Shown piece by piece: positions 1 through 8,909 of a stretch of DNA of 64,000 nucleotides. Numbering within the stretch: position 1 is the first letter of the stretch; the number at the start of each line of letters is the position of its first letter. The stretch comes from Eubacteriales bacterium (GTDB lineage: Bacteria > Bacillota > Clostridia > Oscillospirales > CAG-272). The stretch spans positions 4,489 through 68,488 of the forward strand of contig JBGVRO010000010.1 in assembly GCA_045128515.1 (NCBI GenBank), written 5' to 3'. Made by a program: the position numbers and the translations under genes. Below the pieces are notes generated by a model. That model did not search any database. It worked only from the letters and a program-made list of their open reading frames with translations, and was not told the origin of the DNA.

Positions 1-1
1 T

Positions 2-2947
2 GCAGCAGTAAGCGGTGATACTATCACTCTTGTTAAGGACATTGAGGCTTCCAAGTACATCGATATTAAGACCGCTAATAACGGCGAGATCGGACGTACA
101 CTTGTTCTTGACCTTAACGGTCATACAATTTCTCCCGCAGAGGGATATAACTATAACACAGGCTATCCTCTCGTATTCGTTGGTATTAACCAGACTCTTA
201 CTATTAAGGGCGAGGGTACTATCACCGCAGACAAGAAGGTAACCGTTGGTGTATACGGCACTCTTACTGTTGAAAGCGGTAATATTGTAAACAACGGCAC
301 AACCGATGATGATGCCGCACTTGGAATTTACTACTGGAACAACGACCTTCCCAGCTACGAGGGTACCGTAGGCGGTACTGCTTACGTTAAGGGCGGTAAG
401 TTCGTAGGTACAGTTTACTGTGACGATCCCGACGCAGACGGCAAGGCTACTCTTGAGATCTCGGGCGGTAGCTTCACTCACGACGTATCCGACTTCTGCG
501 TAGAAGGATTTGACTGTACAATGAATCCCGACGGCAGCTTCGGTGTAGCAGATCACGTTCATATCTATAATCCTGTTGTAACTGCTCCCACATGTACTGC
601 GGATGGTTATACAACACATACATGTGCTTGCGGTAATACTTACATCGATAGTAAGGTTGCAGCTCTCGGTCACGACATCGTTGTTGACAAGGCATTTGAT
701 GCAACATGTACCGAGATTGGTCTCACTCGAGGTGAGCACTGTACAAGATGCGACCACAAGGTTGCGCAGGTGGTAATTCCTGCTAAGGGTCATACCGCAG
801 GTGCGGCTGCTACCTGTACCACAGCACAGATCTGTACTGTATGTAAGGTAGAGCTTGTCAAGGCTCTCGGTCACTCTCACAACGCAGTTGTAACTGCTCC
901 CACCTGTACCGAGGAAGGTTACACCACATACACCTGTCACTGTGGTGATAGCTACACTGCAAACAAGGTTGCAGCGCTCGGTCACTCCTATGACGCGGTT
1001 GTAACTGCTCCTACCTTTGATGCAAAGGGTTACACAACTCACACCTGTGCAAACTGTGGCGACAGCTACGTTGACAGCTACGTTGACGCACTTGTTGCAG
1101 TAGCACAGATCGGTGAAGTTAAGTACGAGACCGTTACCGAGGCTATCAATGCTTCTGTTGACGGTGACGTGATCAAGCTTCTTGCAGGTACTGTTGCAGA
1201 GGAGATCAAGGTTTCCGATTACATTAACAGATTCGGTGGCAAGAGCATCACTATCGAGGGTGCTGAAAATTACGGCACAACTCTTACCGGCGGTCTCTAC
1301 ATCGGTTATGATGACACTGTATCATACAACGGCTCTGTAACCGTTAAGGGTATTGCATTTGAGGGCAAGGGTCTTGCTCTTGTTGACCTTGAATGCGCAA
1401 GTGTTCTTGACTGTAAGTTCACTAATGTTGAGGGTGCTGCTATTCGCGTAATTTCCGACGGTAACACTCGTCTTGCTACTATTACGGGTAACGTTGTTAA
1501 CGGCGCAGAGATTGGTATCAGAGTTCGTAATGCTCTCGAGCTTCTTATCGATAACAACGAGATCAGCAATACTCAGCATAACTCCATTACTGTAGAACAG
1601 GGTTCTGCATATATCGCAAATACACAGCCTCTTACCATCACTAATAACACCCTTGCAAACTGGGGTCTTAGCGGTGAGGGTAGAGCAATCAGAGTTTCTC
1701 TCGGTAAGGTTTCTCTTGTGAGAAGCGGCAGCGCTTCTGTTGGCAAGAACGTTACTATTGCTAACAACACTCTTATTAACGAGAACGCTCCCGAGGAATT
1801 CATTAAGGTAACAGACGTTGATGCATCTATGGACGTTACTGTTAATGCTAACATTATGGTTGGTAACGTTCCCACAGGAAATGAGTATATCCTTCTTGAG
1901 GGTAACGGTGCTTCTGACGTTGATATTTCTAACAACCCCAGCGTTGCTGAAAACGAGCCTCATATCTTTGAGGGCTACTGGTGGATCGGTAATACCAACA
2001 CCGGTGTTAAGGCAACAGGCACAGGCATTGAGAGTGTAGAGCTTAATGCAGACGGCGAGCTTATCATCAACTTTACCGATGGCACAAACGTTAACCTTGG
2101 CAGCCTTAAGGGTGAACAGGGCGAACCCGGTGCTTCCGGTACTCCCGGTGCTCCCGGTGCAGACGGCATAGGTATCAAAAACGTTGAGATCGATGCTGAA
2201 GGTAATCTTGTAATCACATACACCGACGGTAAGTCTGTATCTCTTGGCAACATCAAGGGTGACAAGGGTGATCAGGGCGAAACCGGCGCAACCGGCAACG
2301 GCATTGCAAAGGTTGAGCTTAACGCAGACGGTGAGCTTATCATTAAATTCACCGATGGCACCTCCGTAAACCTTGGTAACATCAAGGGCGCAAATGGTGA
2401 AGATGGTGAAGATGGCAAGCCCGGTGCAGACGGTAAGGACGGTATTGGCGTTGAAAAGATCGAGATCGTGAACAACAATCTTGTGATCACTTATACCGAC
2501 GGCACTTCTGTAAACCTTGGCAACATCAAGGGCGCAGACGGTGAAAATGGCAAGGATGGCAACGGCATTGCAAAGATCGAGCGCGACGAAAACGACAACC
2601 TTATCATCACCTACACCAATGGTGAAACCGTAAATCTCGGCAACATCAAGGGTGATAAGGGCGACAAGGGCGAGGCTGGAAACGGCATTGCAAAGGTTGA
2701 GCTTAACGAAAAGGGCGAGCTTGTAATCACCTACACCAACGGTGAGAGCGTAAACCTTGGTAACCTTAAGGGTGACAAGGGTGACAAGGGTGACAAGGGC
2801 GATCAGGGTGAACCCGGTAAGGACGGACAGGATGCTAATATGGAGATCATCGTTATTTGCATCGGAATCGCAGCCCTTTGTATCATGACCACTATGGTTG
2901 CACTTTTGACTCGTAGAGGTCGTGGCGCTTGGTGGATCCTTAGATAA
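2..2947 (+). CDS. Large cell-surface protein, 5'-truncated by the window edge. It contains Cys-rich repeats, a beta-helix region, six beta-module/collagen-like repeats and a C-terminal TM anchor.
   Basis: The frame is open from nt 2, upstream of the ORF-track Met at 521. Repeats VVTAPTCT..GYTT.TC.CGDSY occur four times. A beta-helix-like NxxI/V-rich region follows. GIAKVELNADGELII.FTDGT.VNLGNIKG modules alternate with G-X-Y runs. The C-terminus is hydrophobic (IIVICIGIAALCIMTTMVALL) followed by RRGRG. Confidence 0.8.
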   Translation, partial: AAVSGDTITLVKDIEASKYIDIKTANNGEIGRTLVLDLNGHTISPAEGYNYNTGYPLVFVGINQTLTIKGEGTITADKKVTVGVYGTLTVESGNIVNNGTTDDDAALGIYYWNNDLPSYEGTVGGTAYVKGGKFVGTVYCDDPDADGKATLEISGGSFTHDVSDFCVEGFDCTMNPDGSFGVADHVHIYNPVVTAPTCTADGYTTHTCACGNTYIDSKVAALGHDIVVDKAFDATCTEIGLTRGEHCTRCDHKVAQVVIPAKGHTAGAAATCTTAQICTVCKVELVKALGHSHNAVVTAPTCTEEGYTTYTCHCGDSYTANKVAALGHSYDAVVTAPTFDAKGYTTHTCANCGDSYVDSYVDALVAVAQIGEVKYETVTEAINASVDGDVIKLLAGTVAEEIKVSDYINRFGGKSITIEGAENYGTTLTGGLYIGYDDTVSYNGSVTVKGIAFEGKGLALVDLECASVLDCKFTNVEGAAIRVISDGNTRLATITGNVVNGAEIGIRVRNALELLIDNNEISNTQHNSITVEQGSAYIANTQPLTITNNTLANWGLSGEGRAIRVSLGKVSLVRSGSASVGKNVTIANNTLINENAPEEFIKVTDVDASMDVTVNANIMVGNVPTGNEYILLEGNGASDVDISNNPSVAENEPHIFEGYWWIGNTNTGVKATGTGIESVELNADGELIINFTDGTNVNLGSLKGEQGEPGASGTPGAPGADGIGIKNVEIDAEGNLVITYTDGKSVSLGNIKGDKGDQGETGATGNGIAKVELNADGELIIKFTDGTSVNLGNIKGANGEDGEDGKPGADGKDGIGVEKIEIVNNNLVITYTDGTSVNLGNIKGADGENGKDGNGIAKIERDENDNLIITYTNGETVNLGNIKGDKGDKGEAGNGIAKVELNEKGELVITYTNGESVNLGNLKGDKGDKGDKGDQGEPGKDGQDANMEIIVICIGIAALCIMTTMVALLTRRGRGAWWILR
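2024..2832 (+). repeat. Six tandem coding repeats. Each is a ~29-aa beta-module followed by 4-7 collagen-like G-X-Y triplets.
   Basis: Read from the translation: GEQGEPGASGTPGAPGADG, GDKGDQGETGATGN, GANGEDGEDGKPGADGKDG, GADGENGKDGN, GDKGDKGEAGN, GDKGDKGDKGDQGEPGKDGQD. Each is preceded by the I..VE.....L.I.(F/Y)T(D/N)G..V.LG.(I/L)KG module. Confidence 0.85.
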
Positions 2948-2988
2948 TCACACCGTTATATAATCTAATAAACGGCTGATAAAGCTTT

Positions 2989-3025
2989 GGCGGACTCGGG
3001 TAATTCCGAGTCCGCCTTTAATTTT
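2989..3025. terminator. Intrinsic terminator between convergent genes
   Basis: ggcggactcgg-gtaatt-ccgagtccgcc (11-bp stem) followed by tttaatttt. Confidence 0.6.
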
Positions 3026-3043
3026 CTACCATTATATTATATA

Positions 3044-4276
3044 TTATTTATAGGAATATATCTCGCTTAGTCTGTTGTACTTTGCAACTCGCTCGCCACG
3101 ACAGGGCGCGCCTGCCTTAATAAATTCTGCACCTACGGCAACGGCAATATCGCTGATAGCGGAATCGTTAGTCTCGCCAGAACGGTGCGAAACGATAACC
3201 CTGTATCCCGACTCCTGTGCAACCGAAATGACCTTAAGCGTCTCACTTAAGCTACCTATCTGATTGGGCTTAATAAGAATAGCGTTTGCGGCAGACAGAC
3301 GTATTCCTTCTCTTAGCCTTCTTTCGTTGGTTACAAAGAAATCGTCGCCTACCAGCATTATTTTGTCCCCGAGAGCCTCTGTCAGCTTGACCCAACCGTC
3401 ATAATCGTCCTCGCTGACTCCGTCCTCAATGGATATTATGGGGTATTTCTCGCACAGATCCTTGTATCGCTCTATCAGTATATCAGCCGTAACCGTCTCA
3501 CCGCGCTTTGGCATACGGTATTTTCCGTCTACAAACCACTCGCTTGACGCTACGTCAAGGGCAATTCCAACCTTGTCAAGACTGTATCCCGTGTCGGTTA
3601 TTGCCTGACATAAAAGCTTTATCGCCTCCTCGTCCGACTCAAGGTCGGGTGTAAATCCACCCTCGTCACCTACACCTGTCGATAATCCCTTATCCTTTAA
3701 CAGTCTGCCGAGAGTGTGGTATATCTCGCTTCCTGCCTGAATCGCCTTCTCAAGCGTCAGACCGTGTGGCACGACCATAAACTCCTGTATATCCACGTTG
3801 TTTGTGGCGTGAGCACCGCCGTTAAGCAGATTAAACATAGGTGTGGGGGCTTTGCCCTTTTCCTTTTTACCGAGGTATTGGTAAAGCTCATGTCCCAATT
3901 CCTTTGCCGCAGCCCTTGCAACGGCAAGTGATACCGCAAGAATAGAGTTCGCTCCCAAATTCGACTTGTTTACACTTTGGTCAAGGGCGATCATTTTTCT
4001 GTCTATAGCTTCCTGATCGTTTGCCATAGCTCCAAGCAGGGCAGGGCGAATAATATCGTTTATATTTTTTACTGCGCCGAGCACTCCCTTGCCACCGTAT
4101 CTTGACCTGTCACCGTCACGCAGCTCGTGTGCCTCGTGTATTCCCGTAGATGCGCCCGAGGGTACAGAGGCTGTACCGACCGCTCCCGATTCGAGAATAA
4201 CGCACGCCTCTACCGTAGGATTTGATCGTGAATCAAGAATTTCGCGAGCAGAAATGTTTTTTATTCTATTTGTCAT
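3044..4276 (-). CDS. eno: Enolase (phosphopyruvate hydratase), short and divergent form (410 aa)
   Basis: N-terminus I..I.AREILDSRSNPTVE, SVPSGASTG.HEA.ELRDGD, and SHRSGETNDS near the C-terminus. Confidence 0.92.
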   Translation of the reverse strand: MTNRIKNISAREILDSRSNPTVEACVILESGAVGTASVPSGASTGIHEAHELRDGDRSRYGGKGVLGAVKNINDIIRPALLGAMANDQEAIDRKMIALDQSVNKSNLGANSILAVSLAVARAAAKELGHELYQYLGKKEKGKAPTPMFNLLNGGAHATNNVDIQEFMVVPHGLTLEKAIQAGSEIYHTLGRLLKDKGLSTGVGDEGGFTPDLESDEEAIKLLCQAITDTGYSLDKVGIALDVASSEWFVDGKYRMPKRGETVTADILIERYKDLCEKYPIISIEDGVSEDDYDGWVKLTEALGDKIMLVGDDFFVTNERRLREGIRLSAANAILIKPNQIGSLSETLKVISVAQESGYRVIVSHRSGETNDSAISDIAVAVGAEFIKAGAPCRGERVAKYNRLSEIYSYK

Positions 4277-4471
4277 CCTTCGATTTGACCTCCTTTTTTA
4301 TATATTTTAAACTAAATTTAATGTAAAAATTCGTATAAATTGTCAATACAATTTAAACAAACTGTTAATTTGATACCAAAAAGGTTGAAAAAATGTGTCT
4401 TAAGTGATAAAATACCCCATAGCTGACGGAAGTTCGACATTTTTATTCTGTCACACTTAAGGAGAGAAAAC

Positions 4472-5320
4472 ATGAAATACTATATACTCTATAATCCTCT
4501 TGCCGGTCACGGCAGTCATGACGAAAAGTTGAAATCGCTTAAATCCCATCTTGACGGAGAGTGTGTTGAATATTACGTAACCGATATTGCTGACTATCAG
4601 CAGCTTCTTTCTACACTTGAGGTAGATGACAAGATAGTTATATCCGGCGGTGACGGAACAATTAACAAATTCATTAACGCAGTTGATTCCGACAAGATTA
4701 CCAATGACGTGCTTTATTATGCATCGGGTAACGGTAACGATTTTCTCCACGATCTTGAAAAGGAGCCGGGTTGCGCACCCTTTAAGATCAATCAGTATCT
4801 TAAAAATCTCCCCACCGTTACAGTAAAGGGAAAGACCTATCGCTTTATTAACGGTATCGGATACGGCATTGATGGATACTGCTGTGAGGTTGGCGATCAG
4901 CTTAAGGCTGAAAATAAGAAGGTCGACTATACTATGATCGCAATAAAGGGTCTGCTCTTTGGCTTTAAGCCTACCAATGCAACCGTTACGGTTGACGGTA
5001 AGGAATATAGCTTTAAGAAGGTTTGGATCGCTCCTACTATGAATGGCAGATTCTACGGTGGTGGAATGATGCCTACACCCGAGCAGAACAGACTTGGTGA
5101 CGGTAGCGTGTCCTTTATGTGCTTCCACGGCTCAAGCAAGCTTAAGACACTTATGATATTCCCATCACTCTTTAAGGGAGAGCATGTAAAGCATACCGAG
5201 TGCATTACGATAGCTAAGGGTCGCAACGTAACCGTAACCTTTGACCGTCCCTGTGCATTGCAGATCGACGGTGAGACCGTGCTTGATGTAACAAGCTATA
5301 CTGTAAATGCTTCTAAATAA
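4472..5320 (+). CDS. Diacylglycerol/lipid kinase family protein (DAGK catalytic domain, YegS/BmrU-like)
   Basis: NPLAGHG near the N-terminus and the GGDGTIN motif. RBS aaggagag lies upstream of the ATG. Confidence 0.8.
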   Translation: MKYYILYNPLAGHGSHDEKLKSLKSHLDGECVEYYVTDIADYQQLLSTLEVDDKIVISGGDGTINKFINAVDSDKITNDVLYYASGNGNDFLHDLEKEPGCAPFKINQYLKNLPTVTVKGKTYRFINGIGYGIDGYCCEVGDQLKAENKKVDYTMIAIKGLLFGFKPTNATVTVDGKEYSFKKVWIAPTMNGRFYGGGMMPTPEQNRLGDGSVSFMCFHGSSKLKTLMIFPSLFKGEHVKHTECITIAKGRNVTVTFDRPCALQIDGETVLDVTSYTVNASK

Positions 5321-5324
5321 TATA

Positions 5325-5356
5325 AAAATGGTGACTCCTCGGAGTCACCATTTTTA
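5325..5356. terminator. Bidirectional intrinsic terminator
   Basis: aaaaatggtgactcc-tc-ggagtcaccattttt, a perfect palindrome flanked by A and T runs, between convergent genes. Confidence 0.65.
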
Positions 5357-6616
5357 TATACAACGGATAACCTCGCAGTAGGTGTAAAGCGAACCAAGGC
5401 AGCATATGCTTGATTTCTTTACATCGGCTTCCTTTATGGCAAGATCTATTGCCTCGTTTACCGATTCGCAGCAGGTTGCCTTGATACCCTTGCTCTCGAA
5501 TATATTGGCATATTCCATAGCCAAGAGGGCTCGCGGATTGGAGGGAGTAATTGTGTATACTCTTGATGCAATCTCGGATATGCTATCGGAGATTTTCTGA
5601 TAATCCTTATCCTTTAGCACTCCGCTTATAACGATCACCCTTTTCTCGGGGAAATATTGCTTAATGCTTTTAACCGCCGCTTCAATACCCTGCGGGTTGT
5701 GTGCGCCGTCAAAAATAACGGTTGGCTCTTTTTTTATGATCTCAAATCTTGCGGGCCACTTTGCATTAGCAAGCCCGACTCTGACCGATTCTTCATTTAT
5801 TTTGATGCCGCCTTGTCGGAGTATATCAACGGCATCCAGCGCAACAGATGCGTTTCTCGGCTGATAGTCGCCGAGAAGCGAGAGCTTTATGTCGTGCCTG
5901 CCTTTATAATTGAATGTCGTTCCTTCAAGCGTCATATCCTCAACAGAGAGGGAGGAATAGTCTGTTTTGTAAAGAATACTTTGCTTTTGATTAGCTTCTT
6001 TGGCTATTATTTCTTCTGCGACCTTGCTTTCACCGCCGAAAAGAACGGGGCAATTCTGCTTTATTATACCGGCTTTTTCTCCTGCAATCTGCTCGATGGT
6101 ATCACCGAGAAAGGCTGTATGATCTACCGAAATTCCGGTAATAATTGACAGAAGGGGAGATTCGATTATGTTGGTTGCATCAAGTCTGCCGCCCATACCT
6201 ACCTCAAGCACAACGATATCACACTTTTCGCGACTGAAATACTCAAAGGCAATGGCGGTGATGAGCTCAAATTCCGTAGGACTGTCCCCCATTTTGTCAG
6301 CCTCTTGCTTGACCTCTGCGGTAAGAGTCGCAAGATATTCGTTTGGAATATTTTCGCCGTTTATTCTAACTCTTTCGTTAAATTCGCGTACGTAGGGCGA
6401 GGTGTAAAGTCCAACCTTGTACCCTTCAGCCATCAGTATGCTTGCTAGCATAGAACAAACAGAGCCCTTGCCGTTAGTACCCGTAACGTGAATGAACTTT
6501 AGCTTCTTCTGCGGATCTCCGATCCTGTGACAAAGCTCGCTTATACGCTCAAGTCCCGGTTTGCAGAAAAAATTTGATACGCTGTGAATATAATTTAAGG
6601 CTTCGTCGTAGGTCAT
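5354..6616 (-). CDS. folC: Folylpolyglutamate synthase / dihydrofolate synthase (Mur-ligase family)
   Basis: P-loop HVTGTNGKGS and overall Mur-ligase layout. It overlaps the folT stop by 4 nt (ATGA). Confidence 0.88.
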   Translation of the reverse strand: MTYDEALNYIHSVSNFFCKPGLERISELCHRIGDPQKKLKFIHVTGTNGKGSVCSMLASILMAEGYKVGLYTSPYVREFNERVRINGENIPNEYLATLTAEVKQEADKMGDSPTEFELITAIAFEYFSREKCDIVVLEVGMGGRLDATNIIESPLLSIITGISVDHTAFLGDTIEQIAGEKAGIIKQNCPVLFGGESKVAEEIIAKEANQKQSILYKTDYSSLSVEDMTLEGTTFNYKGRHDIKLSLLGDYQPRNASVALDAVDILRQGGIKINEESVRVGLANAKWPARFEIIKKEPTVIFDGAHNPQGIEAAVKSIKQYFPEKRVIVISGVLKDKDYQKISDSISEIASRVYTITPSNPRALLAMEYANIFESKGIKATCCESVNEAIDLAIKEADVKKSSICCLGSLYTYCEVIRCI

Positions 6617-7155
6617 ATATCCTTACCTCCGAATTCCTTTATCTGCATACTTATGCCTTTGTTTTTCATAAGAATATAAATGATCGTGCCGTCAATAATT
6701 CCAACGATAAGATAATTTAACATGCGCCATAGCATCAGAACGGTGTAGGGCATATGATAAAAGTCCGCAAGGCCGATGGTTTTTATAAGCACGGATCCCA
6801 TAAGGTGAGCAGAAAAAACAACAATAGCCGTTTTAAGCCAAGAGGGAAGGGGAGTTTTCTTCAGTAAAAGATTTATACCACCGGATACTACACCGATAAC
6901 TGCTGCGCCTACTGTTACCCACGGAATTGGCATCCAACCTACCATTACACAGCCAACAAGGTCGGCAACAATGCCAACGGCAGCGCCTGCAACAGGGCCG
7001 AATGCAATTCCTGCGAAAATAATTGGCATACTCTCAAGGCTGAATCGCATAAACTCGCCCACGTTAATACCAAGGTATTTTCCGCAAACGATGCTTATCG
7101 CCGCAAGCATGGCAAGTGCAGCTACAAATTTTAGATTTTTTAATTGATTTTTCAT
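6613..7155 (-). CDS. folT: ECF transporter S component, folate family
   Basis: A 180-aa protein with multiple TM helices, placed directly behind a THF riboswitch and translationally coupled to folC. Confidence 0.75.
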   Translation of the reverse strand: MKNQLKNLKFVAALAMLAAISIVCGKYLGINVGEFMRFSLESMPIIFAGIAFGPVAGAAVGIVADLVGCVMVGWMPIPWVTVGAAVIGVVSGGINLLLKKTPLPSWLKTAIVVFSAHLMGSVLIKTIGLADFYHMPYTVLMLWRMLNYLIVGIIDGTIIYILMKNKGISMQIKEFGGKDI

Positions 7156-7228
7156 AAAAAAACACCTCCTAAGTACAGATTTACATCTCAGTACCTTGAA
7201 GGCTTGGGCGCAAAATGGCGCAAATATC

Positions 7229-7340
7229 CTATTAGGTAACAGTGGGATGCGGATGACACACCGCTTCGGATAATATCCTCCTTCGTCCGAGTGACAACTC
7301 CCCGTTCACTCAGCACTAAACGCGCGCCGTCCTACTCTGT
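7229..7340 (-). promoter_or_regulatory. THF (tetrahydrofolate) riboswitch
   Basis: The minus-strand RNA reads ACAGAGUAGGACGGCGCGCGUUUAGUGCUGAGUGAACGGGGAGUUGUCACUCGGACGAAGG...CGGUGUGUCAUCCGCAUCCCACUGU. It carries the THF-class blocks AGAGUAG, GCGCGUU.AGUG, GUGAA.GGG, GUCAC, ACGAAG and CAUCCGC, and sits in front of folT. Confidence 0.8.
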
Positions 7341-7353
7341 CATGTATGATAGC

Positions 7354-7382
7354 ATTATATCACAATATTTATGCTTTTTCAA
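7354..7382 (-). promoter_or_regulatory. Sigma-A type promoter for the riboswitch-folT-folC operon
   Basis: On the minus strand: TTGAAA, 17 nt, TATAAT (with an upstream TG), ending ~14 nt before the riboswitch. Confidence 0.55.
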
Positions 7383-7472
7383 TAGCAAAATTGCAAAATT
7401 ATACAAATAATATTTATTGTTCAGTAGTAAAATAAAAAAAGTGACGAAATTGATAAATATTTAGCAAATCTA

Positions 7473-7501
7473 TTGCATATTGGAAAAAAATGTGATACAA
7501 T
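7473..7501 (+). promoter_or_regulatory. Sigma-A type promoter for gap
   Basis: TTGCAT, 17 nt, TACAAT, with an upstream tgtga extended -10. Confidence 0.5.
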
Positions 7502-7578
7502 GTATTTTGGTATGGAAGGCAACTTTCATATTAAGTATGTATTTTATTAAATTTTTTATATTTTGGAGGATTACACCA

Positions 7579-8601
7579 ATGGCAAATGTAAAGGTTGCAA
7601 TTAACGGATTTGGCCGTATCGGACGTCTTGCTTTCAGACAGATGTTCGGCGCTGAGGGTTACGAGATCGTAGCTATCAACGACCTCACCAAGGCTTCTAT
7701 GCTCGCTCATCTTCTTAAGTACGACACTGCTCAGGGTCGTTACGACGGTCACACCGTTGTTGCTGATGACGAGGCTAACACTATCACTGTTGACGGCAAG
7801 GTTCTTAAGATCTATGCTGAGAAGGACGCTGTAAACTGCCCTTGGGGCGAGCTTGGCGTAGACGTTGTACTTGAGTGCACCGGCTTCTACTGCTCTAAGG
7901 AAAAGTCCATGGCTCACATTACCGCTGGCGCTAAGAAGGTTGTTATCTCTGCTCCCGCAGGCAACGACCTCAAGACCATCGTTTTCGGTACTAACCACGA
8001 AAATCTTACTGCAGATGACCAGATCATCTCTGCTGCATCCTGCACCACCAACTGCCTTGCTCCTATGGCAAAGGCTCTTAACGACTACGCTCCCATTCAG
8101 AGCGGTATCATGACCACCGTTCACGCTTACACCGGCGACCAGATGATTCTTGACGGTCCTCACAGAAAGGGTGACCTTCGCCGTGCTCGTGCAGGCGCCC
8201 AGAACATCGTTCCCAACTCTACCGGCGCTGCAAAGGCTATCGGCCTTGTAATTCCCGAGCTCAACGGCAAGCTTATCGGCTCTGCTCAGAGAGTTCCCAC
8301 CTGCACCGGTTCTACTACTATCCTTGTAGCAGTAGTTAAGGGTCAGAACGTAACTAAGGACGGCATCAACGCTGCAATGAAGGCTGCTTCTACCGAGTCC
8401 TACGGCTACAACGAGGATCAGATCGTTTCCTCCGACGTAATCGGTATCACCTACGGTTCTCTCTTCGATGCTACCCAGACCATGGTTGCTAAGATCGACG
8501 AGGATACCTATCAGGTACAGGTAGTTTCTTGGTACGATAACGAGAACTCCTACACCAGCCAGATGGTAAGAACAATCAAGTATTTCGCAGAGCTTGCTTA
8601 A
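7579..8601 (+). CDS. gap: Glyceraldehyde-3-phosphate dehydrogenase, type I
   Basis: [16 protein letters not shown] and the active site SCTTNCLAP. The start was moved to the ATG at 7579, preceded by RBS ggagga; the ORF-track start at 7480 adds an implausible leader. Confidence 0.93.
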   Translation: MANVKVAINGFGRIGRLAFRQMFGAEGYEIVAINDLTKASMLAHLLKYDTAQGRYDGHTVVADDEANTITVDGKVLKIYAEKDAVNCPWGELGVDVVLECTGFYCSKEKSMAHITAGAKKVVISAPAGNDLKTIVFGTNHENLTADDQIISAASCTTNCLAPMAKALNDYAPIQSGIMTTVHAYTGDQMILDGPHRKGDLRRARAGAQNIVPNSTGAAKAIGLVIPELNGKLIGSAQRVPTCTGSTTILVAVVKGQNVTKDGINAAMKAASTESYGYNEDQIVSSDVIGITYGSLFDATQTMVAKIDEDTYQVQVVSWYDNENSYTSQMVRTIKYFAELA

Positions 8602-8627
8602 TCTGACGAATTTATTTTGACAACACC

Positions 8628-8655
8628 AAAGGACTCGCTAAGGCGGGTCCTTTTT
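8628..8655 (+). terminator. Intrinsic terminator of gap
   Basis: ggactcgc-taag-gcgggtcc followed by ttttt. Confidence 0.7.
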
Positions 8656-8724
8656 GTCGCAGAAATTACCACTCGCCGTAGATTTATTGTTGCGTAAGAT
8701 AAAGCATAAATAATTGCACAGAAC

Positions 8725-8756
8725 AAAAAGACTCGCAGAAATGCGAGTCTTTTTTA
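8725..8756. terminator. Orphan terminator-like hairpin with no gene assigned
   Basis: aaaaagactcgca-gaaa-tgcgagtctttttt, a perfect 9-bp stem with flanking A and T runs. Confidence 0.5.
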
Positions 8757-8874
8757 ACGCCAAGCAATTCTATCGCAGTATTTTTATACAGCTTCAAGAA
8801 TTCCTTGCGTTTCTGAACAATTCTTTAAGCTTTCTCTTACGCAAGGTAAAATTGGATTATAATCAGCACATACA

Positions 8875-8904
8875 AAGAGGACTCGCTTCGGCGAGTCCTC
8901 TTTT
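8875..8904. terminator. Bidirectional terminator, serving the DUF2130 gene on the minus strand
   Basis: aaagaggactcgc-ttcg-gcgagtcctctttt, a perfect 10-bp stem. Confidence 0.65.
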
Positions 8905-8909
8905 CAACT

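Noticed and set aside
3044-4276. The short (410 aa) enolase with an altered C-terminal segment (..IKAGAPCRGERVAKYNRLSEIYSYK), considered as a possible pseudogene or neofunctionalised paralog.
   Set aside because: The reading frame is intact and the catalytic-region motifs I can recognise are present. Without the rest of the genome I cannot tell whether a second enolase exists, so there is too little evidence to flag it.
7480-7578. The N-terminal extension of gap proposed by the ORF track (start at 7480).
   Set aside because: The extension ([33 protein letters not shown]) overlaps the predicted promoter and has no RBS. The ATG at 7579 has ggagga 8 nt upstream and gives the canonical [17 protein letters not shown]-terminus.
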